Source: Eledone cirrhosa
Lineage: Eukaryota
Reading direction: 5' to 3'
Assembly (NCBI GenBank): GCA_964016885.1
Contig: OZ024742.1
Coordinates: 288,052,001 to 288,116,000 of the forward strand
Length of the DNA: 64,000 nucleotides
Position numbers and translations under genes: made by a program
Shown: positions 55,101-64,000 of the stretch, one piece after another
Layout of the letters: each line of letters begins with the position of its first letter
Position numbering within the stretch: position 1 is the stretch's first letter
Notes under the pieces: model-generated
What the model was told of the DNA's origin: nothing
The model's database searches: none
Seen by the model: only the letters and a program-made list of their open reading frames with translations

Positions 55101-56838
55101 TTCTTTTCGTTTTAAATCTCATTTCTCATTTTATCAAAGATTTTACAGCCCCATCTCATTTTCGAATATGTCTGTTACTAACTTACCCATCTGAACGTTT
55201 CTTGTTGTTTATTCCTAGATCAGTTCTAATAATGTAGAACTTTTACTCAAAAACGCTGCAGCGGCACTGCCATCTCATCTTCTCTGTCGATTTCAATGAT
55301 GGCTATTCAGTTGTGCAATCAACTGAACCTCCGACTTGCAAATTAATGTGTAAGTGGTTGAATATTCAGCAGACACGTGTACCTTAACATTTACGACACT
55401 CCTGATCTGCCTTCCGCACTCCTCACGAAATCTGCAAACATTGTAGATATATTATTATTTCTTTACATTGTAGATAGTAATAACTAATGTGATAGTAATA
55501 ACTAATTAACTGCTGTAGTAAACTTCAGAGATTGTTCATTAACCAGAAGAAAATAGAGATATTTTATAAGTAGTTGAAAGCTCTGCTCAATTTATCAATT
55601 TCAAGTGATACTACCTCCTCGTGTGGCAGGTAAGCAGAAATAAAGTACTCCAACAAAATAGTCACAGTTTTAGCAGTAAATAAAAAAAACCTATTGATTT
55701 GTTACTTTTGTGAATTATATTCATTACATACTACTACTTGTATTTGTGGAGGTGTTCACCCGGGGTAGGTTGAGCCGGCTCCATCGAAGGAATTAACCGT
55801 GTAAGTTCATTTCAGTGGAGTTTCTTCAGGCCATTGGTTTTACAAGCGGTGCCCAATATATACACATTAAGATAGTGTAATCCAAGCATTACGTCGGTTA
55901 TAACGCCGAGCTCTTTCGCTTTCACGCTCAACCTAATTTGGTGAAGCCAGTGCCGCGACATCGACGCATGGGAGGGAGTTTGGCCGGTAGGGGTGATACA
56001 CACAACCTATTTGAGCCATTTTGTAAGCCAGTTGGAGCTCATCCCACTACCTAGCTCAGGTACATCAACCCTCGACACCTATATATTATAGAGTATGCAT
56101 ATGTACAAGATGCAATAAATCCCCCCAAGCTTCTCGTTTCCGAATGTAAAAATTAGGAGGAAGAAATACCAAGGATCTTTTCTGTTTGATTCACAGGGTC
56201 TCATTTTATAATAAATTTCTACAAAGTTGTAGTTTGTTCTTACTCATACCATCGGTTTTTTACTCGTATATCGTCTTATGTTTTGATAGATATTTTATAC
56301 ACAGATATACATATATATACTATAATCTTATAGAAAATATACATGAAAACAGACATATACACACATATAGTAACATGTATAGACATATACACAAACACTT
56401 TGTATAAAACTACAAGTGACTATCTCAATTAAAACCAGTTGTCAACCTATTATAGCCAGTTAAATCTATCTTTTCTGTGCTGAAATAAACTATCCCATTA
56501 TCTGATAAATCACTAATTTCAGGCAATACATTTCAAGCTGCCTCCTATTTATTATAGTTCTCTAAGGCCATAACAGAGGTGTTTAAGACAATCAGTTTGA
56601 ACCAACTTAACACAAACTTTTTTGTGCTACAAATAAACAAACTGTCCAACTTTCTGATAAGTCACAAAGTTCAAACTATACATCTCTAACTACCTATCTG
56701 ACAAACAACTACACATTCTTACTTAGACGTTATAGATACACAAGTGGTTAATACTGGTCAAAGAATAATCATTAACTATTCTTTATAGTTTCAATATATT
56801 TATTTCATTTGTTAAAGAGCTGGAAGAATGGTGTAGAG

Positions 56839-58423
56839 CAAAGGTTCTCAACGGGGGGCGTTTCGGAACTCCGGGGGGGGGGGGGGGGAAGCAAGGTCGC
56901 ATTAGGGGGGCGTTTGGAGCTTGAGGGGAGGGGGGGGGGGGCTAGGGGGCGTGGAAGACTCTTTACTTTGTAAGTTTTATAAGCCATATTTGTATGTCTT
57001 TGAGACAGCCAGTGTGAATGCATTTGAATGAGCTTGCAGACAGCATAACTATAGTCTGACCACAGCTGTGAGCAGGTGTTTTCTAGACATTAACCGGTAA
57101 TTGAGATCCTAAAAATGAAAAAACCCACAGCCATCTGGGTCAAGGACACTTTCCTTCACCGATAACAATGTATTTCATGTCTGAAATTATTGACTCAACC
57201 GTAACGAGTTAACACTATGTAGATCTATTTTATTCCCTATTGTATAAATAATATTACAAAAAAAAACACAGAAGCGGGTAGCACACACATCTAGGACCAC
57301 ATACAACACATAGGCAGGTAATACACATATCTAAGACCACATACAACACATAAGCAGGTAATACACACATCTAGGACCACATGCAACACATAAGGAGGTA
57401 GCACACACATATCTAGGACCACATAAAATACACAGACAGGTAGCACACACATCTAGGACCACATACAACACATAAGCAGGTAATACAAACATCTAGGACC
57501 ACATACAACACACAAGCAGGTAATACATACAGCTGGGACCACATCAATACATAAGCAGGTAGTACATACATCTAGGACTACATACAACACACAGGCAGGT
57601 AATACATACATCTAGGGCCACATACAACACATTGTATCGTGCTACGGACGACGCAAGAGCAATGGTCGGCTAACAAGAGCTTCGTCACTTCTGAAGAGAG
57701 AAAATCTATCTGTATTTCCTGTTCATTGTGTCATTCATCGACAACACTTGCCTGAGAAGAAATTTAGCAAGGCTCTGAGCAAGTCCTTGCAGGTGGCCAT
57801 TGATGTCATCAATTTTATCAAACGGCATTCCCTCAATGAACGAATTTTCCAGCAACTGTGCCAAGATAATGAGGAAGAATTCGTCAAGTTGCTCCTTCAT
57901 ACTGAAGTGAGGTGGCTTTCAAAGGGCAAGTGCTTTACTCACTTCTTTCAACTCTTCAACTCTATCATTGAGTTTCTGCGAGGACGCAACACAGAACTGT
58001 ACAAGAAAACCCTCGATGTGAGGCAAGACTGCGCCTACCTCACCAATATCTTCGACAAATGCAATAGCATCATTTTGGCTTTGCAGGGGAAGAAGATCAC
58101 CTTGCTTAAAGAAAGGAATGCTGTGAAAACATTCCTGGCCAAATTGAATGTCATCGAAAGGAATCTTTGTTGACGGGTATTCTATAATTTTCCTAGTGTC
58201 GCCAATGTTCAAAACATTGTAAGCGATGACCAACTCCAAATTATACCACTCACCGCCGTGCACTACAAGACAACATGAGAGAACGGTTTGTCGACCTTTT
58301 GCCGATGGACATCCCAATGTGGATAGCAGATGCTTTCATAGCTAACGTTGACGATTTGGCGGGGGGTTCGTGATTTCAAGGGACAAAAGGGGGCGTTTGG
58401 CCTAAATGGGTCGAGAACCTGTG
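56839..58423 (+). mobile_element. hAT (Buster/Charlie-type) DNA transposon, internally deleted
   Basis: TIRs caaaggttctcaac / gtcgagaacctgtg; TSD GTGTAGAG at 56831-56838 and 58424-58431; transposase remnant 57748-58173 (INFIK..LNERIFQQLC..LLLHTEVRWLSKGK). Confidence 0.9.
57275..57632. repeat. 40-bp minisatellite, about 9 copies, inside the hAT element
   Basis: Unit gcaggtaatacacacatctaggaccacatacaacacataa, head to tail. Confidence 0.9.
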
Positions 58424-58849
58424 GTGTAGAGTAAAGGTTCTCAACGGGGGGGGGCATACGCTCCCCCCTCCACGGGGTGGGGGCGTTAAACTTTGAGGGA
58501 GCTAGAAGCCATTTTAGTTTGGTAAGTTTTATAAGTCATATTTGTACGTCTCTTAGACAGTCAGTTATTTGAATGAAGAAAATAAATTAAAGAAGCTTGT
58601 CAACGAATTCCCTAGGGAGATAAAAGAAATCAAAGAGAATGAAGGTAAGGACTACTTCAACAGAAATGACAAGAAGAAGCAATGGTGGTGAACATACACA
58701 CACACACAGGCCAGCATTAGTGTTTGATGAAGTTGAGAACCTGGTCAACTTTCAGCCTGAAGTGTGGTATTTAAACTCCCTAGGTAATAAAATCTGGCGA
58801 CAAAAATTTCTCCTTACCAAACAAACATCCTTACACACTTAAATATAAA

Positions 58850-59340
58850 TGCATGTATATATACAAATGTATAAATGCATAGCTATATACATACGTATAT
58901 GTATGTATGTATGTAGATTTATATATATAAATCTACATACATATATATATATAAATATACATATATAAATATACATATATATATAAATATACATACATAT
59001 ATAAATATACATACATATATATATATATAAATATACATATATATATATATATAAATCTACATACATACATATCATCATCATCATCATCGTTTAACGTCCA
59101 TGTTCCATGCTTGCATGGGTTTGGACGGGAGTTTTCACACTTGAGGCAAGAGTGGTTGTCTTGCTTGCATAGGACTGTCTGATGGGTATATTTATATATA
59201 TGTATATATATACATATAAATCTACATACATATATATAAATCTACATACATCTATATAAATCTACTTACATACATTTACGTATGTATATATACATGCATT
59301 TATATTTAAGTGTAAGGTATATATATATATGTGTGTGTGT
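58850..59340. repeat. AT/ATAC low-complexity tract interrupted by a SINE tail
   Basis: Directly visible; SINE tail fragment at ~59070-59190 (-). Confidence 0.85.
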
Positions 59341-59451
59341 AGAAGTTCTATTTAAATTGTTGGGATACAACAAGCAAATATTTTTATAACTGATATAAAG
59401 CACTCAACAAATTATTGGAGTAAAAATACGATATATTTATAAAGCCATATT

Positions 59452-59516
59452 TATTTCATTATACATATTTCAAGGACACCAAGTCAAATTATGGTGCGCT
59501 TTCATCAGATAAAATA
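59452..59516 (-). ncRNA. Hammerhead ribozyme motif (left arm of inverted repeat)
   Basis: Exact reverse complement of 59639-59703. Confidence 0.82.
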
Positions 59517-59638
59517 TAATATAGACCAGTTTTATAAATAAATAAATATTGACATACCCTTAAAGAATGCGACCATTTCTGTTGGAAGCTCGAGCTTCCA
59601 ACAGAAATGGTCGCATTCTTTAAAACTGATCTATATTA

Positions 59639-59703
59639 TATTTTATCTGATGAAAGCGCACCATAATTTGACTTGGTGTCCTTGAAATATGTATAATGAA
59701 ATA
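59639..59703 (+). ncRNA. Hammerhead ribozyme motif (right arm of inverted repeat)
   Basis: tattttat-CTGATGA(59647-59653)-aagcgcacca...tggtgtcctt-GAAA(59684-59687)-tatgta-TA-atgaaata. Confidence 0.82.
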
Positions 59704-62355
59704 AATATAGTTTCCATTTGTTAATATATCGTAATATATATATATATATCATCATCATCATTTTACGTCAGCTTTTCTCTGCTTGCAAGGGTGGGACGGG
59801 AACTGATTCTGGCTTGATTTCTACAGCTGGATGCCCTTCCTAACACCAATCTCATTTACAGTGAGTGCTGGGTGCTTTTTTTCCGTGACACCTACACGAC
59901 CACTTTGCGTGGAATGATATGGACCCCAGTCCTATCATCTCATTTCTATAGCTGAGTAAACTGGAGCAATGTGAAATAAAGTGTCTTGCTCAAGGAAACA
60001 ACACATCACCTGGTCCGAGAATTGAACTCACAACCTTTCGATTGCAAGCCCCAATGCTCTAACCACTAAGCCATGCGCCTTCATGTATATATATATATAT
60101 GTATAAGGGATAACAAGTTACCGTTATAGGTAATCCAGTTAGAGGTTGTGAATACTCCGTATTGTGGAAAGTTTTACGTACGCCGTTGTTTCACTCAACA
60201 AGAGGTTTCTTTAGGTAGCGAGTATATGAGTTCTCGGGAGTTCCTATGTAAGTTAATCTTGGAGTAATAATAGTGAAAGAGTGAAGAATACATTGTGAAA
60301 GAGTGAAGCATACACGTATTTAAAATTGAGTGACACAACTTCAAGTGATTAGCAATTTTAAGACAACTTAACCAATGAAACTGGAGCAATGTGAAATAAA
60401 GTGTCTTGCTCAAGGAAACAACACATATATGTATGTGGAGGTATATGGCTTAGTGGTTAGAGCATTGGCCTTGCAATCGAAAGATTGTGAGTTCAATTCT
60501 CAGATCGGGTGATGTGTTGTTTCCTTGAGCAAGACACTTTATTTCACATTGCTCCAGTTTACTCAGCTGTAGAAATGAGATGATAGGGACTGGGGTTCAT
60601 ATCATTCCACTGTATAGTGGTCGTGGAGGTGCCACGGCAAAAAAAGCACCCAGCACTCACTGTAAATGAGGTTGGTGTTAGGAAGGGCATCCAGCTGTAG
60701 AAATCAAGCTAGAATCAGTTCCCGTCCCACCCTTGCAAGCAGGGAAAAGCGGACGTAAAATGATGATGATGATATGTGTGTGTATAATATATATATTATA
60801 CACACACACACACATATATATATGCAGTGTGACAAGAAGCTTGTTTCCCAACCACATATTTCCGGGTTCAGTCGAGCCAACCAAAGCCCAATGCTTGTTG
60901 GTTTGTTGACGTCCCCATAACTTATAGCTTCTCAATTCATTCCTTACTACTTATTTTACTACGAGGTATATTATTTTGCAAGGTACTATTTTTCCTCTGA
61001 GTTTGTGATTTCATATTTTGCATCTTTTGTATTTTGACTTTGCAGTTTCAATTGTCTATCCACTCAAAATATTACAACAGCTAACAGTGAAATATAGAAT
61101 TTAAAAAAAAAGCTTTTTCGACTGAGATCAAATGTTTTTTTTATTTCAAAAATATATAATTTGAAATAGCTTGCTTTTGTTTTGGACTGAAACTTTTTTG
61201 TATGAGTATCTTTTAAAGAATCTAAGATAACTTGATTTGGCCCAGTAATCTACTGATATCAAAATCAGTAGTATATCTAAAAATGGAAAAATAGGGTAGG
61301 GGGCGTTTCGTGATTTAGAGGGGCAAAAGGGGGCGTTTTCCAAAATGGGTTGAGAACCTTTGGTGTAGAGTAAGACGACGAATCTCAGTCCTATGTGGGA
61401 AGGTTGGTTACTGAATATGTAACATTGAAATTGTTAGATACATAGTAGTGAGTAGTCGGTACAGTGGAGAATGAAGTCAATACACAGCAAGAGATACACT
61501 GTAGAGCATAGTCAGTACAAAGCAAATGATTCACACACAAAAAAAAAAAGACTACAGTGAGATATGATAGACAGAGAATATGAATTTTAGATTTGCCAGA
61601 TGTAGAGAAATAGCAACACAAACCAGATGTAGAGAAATAACAACAGAGACGCCATGAAAGGAAGTCTATATCCATTGCTTGGCTTGTTAAATGTTGTAAC
61701 AATATTTGAGGTAGAGTGAATTGCAAGGATAAGCATATTTTCTCACTAACCTCCAGAGTAATGCATTCTTAAATGTAATAATGTTGGAGGTAAAGTGTAT
61801 ATACATATAAGCATAGCTCCCATACTGTCCTTCAGGGTAATGCATTTGCAATACTGTCTGCTGGGACAACGAGGCTACATCCACTTGAGGTTTTGCACTT
61901 AAGATACAAAACAGGGGAACAAAGGAATGTGACAATTTTTCATGGGTTTATTTGTACTGTAACCATATATCACTATTTTTTATATATACATACATGCATA
62001 CATATATATAATATACTTCCTTTTCTTACTAATTATACACATACCCTGCTTCACTACTTTTTAAAAAAATATTTTACAAGTAGTTAAAATAAGAATGTGA
62101 TGCATTTAACAAACTTTACATCTGAACCTCTACATGGCTGTTCTTCAACATGTCAGATATAACAACCAAATGTCACACTACTATCTTTTTAAAAAGTACA
62201 TATTGATTAATGTAACCCAAAGTACATAATGTCTGAAATGTCTTCCATTTTTTTTATTTCATTCCATAAAATGTCACCAGTTCACATTGAAATTTAACTT
62301 AGTAACCATCATATATTATCATTTCATGATAAATATGATTATAGTAGTATAGCTT

Positions 62356-63429
62356 TTAGGCTGTGTGGATACGTTTGTGGGTAGAGAGATTATAGCTATG
62401 TGAGAATGTTTTACCACAGATATCACAGTGATATGATTTTTCTCCTGTGTGGATATATTTATGGGCAGACAAACTACCATTTTGGGAAAATGATTTACCG
62501 CAGATATCACAGCAGTATGGTTTCTCTCCTGTATGGATACGTATGTGGGAAGACAAATTACCACTCAGAGAGAATGATTTACCACAGATATCACAATGAT
62601 ATGGTTTTTCTCCAGTGTGGATTTGTTTGTGAGAAGATAAATTACTATTTTGAGAGAATGTTTTACCACAAATATCACAGTGGAATGGTCTTTCTCCTGA
62701 ATGAGTAAGTTTATGGGATGTTAAACTACTACTGTAAGAGAATATTTTACCACAAATATCACAATGATATAGTTTATCACCTGTGTGGATATGTTTGTGG
62801 ATACTCAAACCACTTCTTTGAGAAAATGTCTTATCACAGATATCACAATTGTAAGGTTTCTCTCCAGTGTGAATATGCTTATGAGTAGACAAAGTACGAC
62901 TGTTAGAAAATGTTTTATCACAGATATCGCACTTATATAATTTCTCTCCTGTATGGATACGTTTGTGGGAAGTGAAATTAGAACTATTAGAAAATGTTTT
63001 CCCACAGATATCACAGTGGTATGGTTTTTCTCCTGTATGAATACGTTTGTGGGAGGGTAAATTAAAACTATGTGCAAATGTTTTACCACATATATCACAG
63101 TGGTATGGTTTCTCTCCTGTGTGAATACGTTTGTGGTAAGTTAAACTACCAGTGTGAGAGAATGTTTTACCACATACATCACAGTGATATGGTTTCTCTC
63201 CTGTATGAATGCGCTTATGTAGAGATAAGGAACTTTTTTTAGTGAAACTTTTGCCACAAACTTCACACTGGTACAGCTTGGTGTCTGTGTGAATTAATTT
63301 ATGTTGAATTAAATTCTTTCTTGTTGTGAACAATTTCTTACAGATATTACAAGGGTGTGGTTTCTCTTCTCTGTTTTCCTGTGTGTCAGTAGATGAATCA
63401 ATATATTCAGGCTGTATTTTCTCATCCAT
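62356..63429 (-). CDS. C2H2 zinc-finger protein, subfamily B, 12 fingers (ZNF-7)
   Basis: 357-aa ORF starting MDEKIQPEY; 12 C2H2 units, colinear with ZNF-6. Confidence 0.9.
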   Translation of the reverse strand: MDEKIQPEYIDSSTDTQENREEKPHPCNICKKLFTTRKNLIQHKLIHTDTKLYQCEVCGKSFTKKSSLSLHKRIHTGEKPYHCDVCGKTFSHTGSLTYHKRIHTGEKPYHCDICGKTFAHSFNLPSHKRIHTGEKPYHCDICGKTFSNSSNFTSHKRIHTGEKLYKCDICDKTFSNSRTLSTHKHIHTGEKPYNCDICDKTFSQRSGLSIHKHIHTGDKLYHCDICGKIFSYSSSLTSHKLTHSGERPFHCDICGKTFSQNSNLSSHKQIHTGEKPYHCDICGKSFSLSGNLSSHIRIHTGEKPYCCDICGKSFSQNGSLSAHKYIHTGEKSYHCDICGKTFSHSYNLSTHKRIHTA

Positions 63430-64000
63430 AACTTTCTCTTTTAATCTCTATATATGATGGTCTTTGTTAACGTTTGAAGATATCTTGTTAAGACAGCACT
63501 TGTAATGGATTTCTTAGGAAAGAATGTTGTAATTAATAACCAGCAACTAAAAGATCATTAAACTAGCTCCAATTAACAAAACATATCCCTATATGGAAGT
63601 TCTTATATACAAGACAGTTAAAACATCATGATAAATAATCCCAGTTTAATCTAAATCTCTAAGTTTATACATTTGTAATCAATAAAGGTATTGTTGTAAA
63701 TAATCTCAATTCCAAGGAAATATTTCACATCCAACCAAGAGTTGTAGAAACAGGCTAACATCAACTTCATGAAGTTGTTTTTAGTCTTCAAATGTTGATA
63801 TGTTGATAATCTTCAGTGAAATATCTATTATCTCAATGTCTTCAGATAACCTGAAATATAGACAAGATAAGACATATGGGATAATGTAGTGTTAACATGA
63901 AGATAGTGGTTGTTTTAACATTAGTATTCAGATGTTTGTGTTTTGGTCATTTAGAGTGTTTTAGTTGTTCATACTTTACAATGATTGGAGAATAGATGAT

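Larger units (their letters stand above)
58432..61362 (+). mobile_element. Second, non-autonomous hAT element with nested insertions
   Basis: TIRs taaaggttctcaac / gttgagaacctttg; GTGTAGAG on both sides (58424-58431, 61363-61370); G-rich subterminal gggggcgttt motifs shared with the first element. Confidence 0.85.

Noticed and set aside
57748-58173. Domesticated ZBED5/FAM200-like gene
   Set aside because: Short fragment with flanking stops and frameshifts inside TIRs and TSDs; a transposon relic.

Overview
AT-rich eukaryotic (animal) DNA, not prokaryotic. The gene and repeat content resembles coleoid cephalopod (Octopus-type) genomes; that assignment is inference. The window holds a tandem cluster of nine C2H2 zinc-finger loci in both orientations: seven with intact ORFs of 7-26 intact fingers and two frameshifted copies. 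They form two subfamilies (A: MEN/MEL-type N-terminus; B: MDEKxQPE N-terminus), have no recognisable KRAB/SCAN/ZAD/BTB domain, and eight share a conserved non-coding leader that starts at a 3' splice site. Between them lie tRNA-derived SINEs, RTE and L1/Tx1-like LINE fragments, a near full-length decayed Penelope-like element (RT + C-terminal GIY-YIG, pseudo-LTRs), two tandem Buster/Charlie-type hAT elements sharing a triplicated 8-bp target site, and mini- and microsatellites. The main signal absent from the ORF track is a dense set of minimal type I hammerhead ribozyme motifs read by eye: 7 with intact catalytic cores and 3 point-mutated, all with palindromic or near-palindromic stem III. 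They include an opposite-polarity pair around a perfect 64-bp palindrome (59447-59708) and one in sense orientation inside a predicted ZNF intron. All structures were paired by hand; no folding or database search was run.
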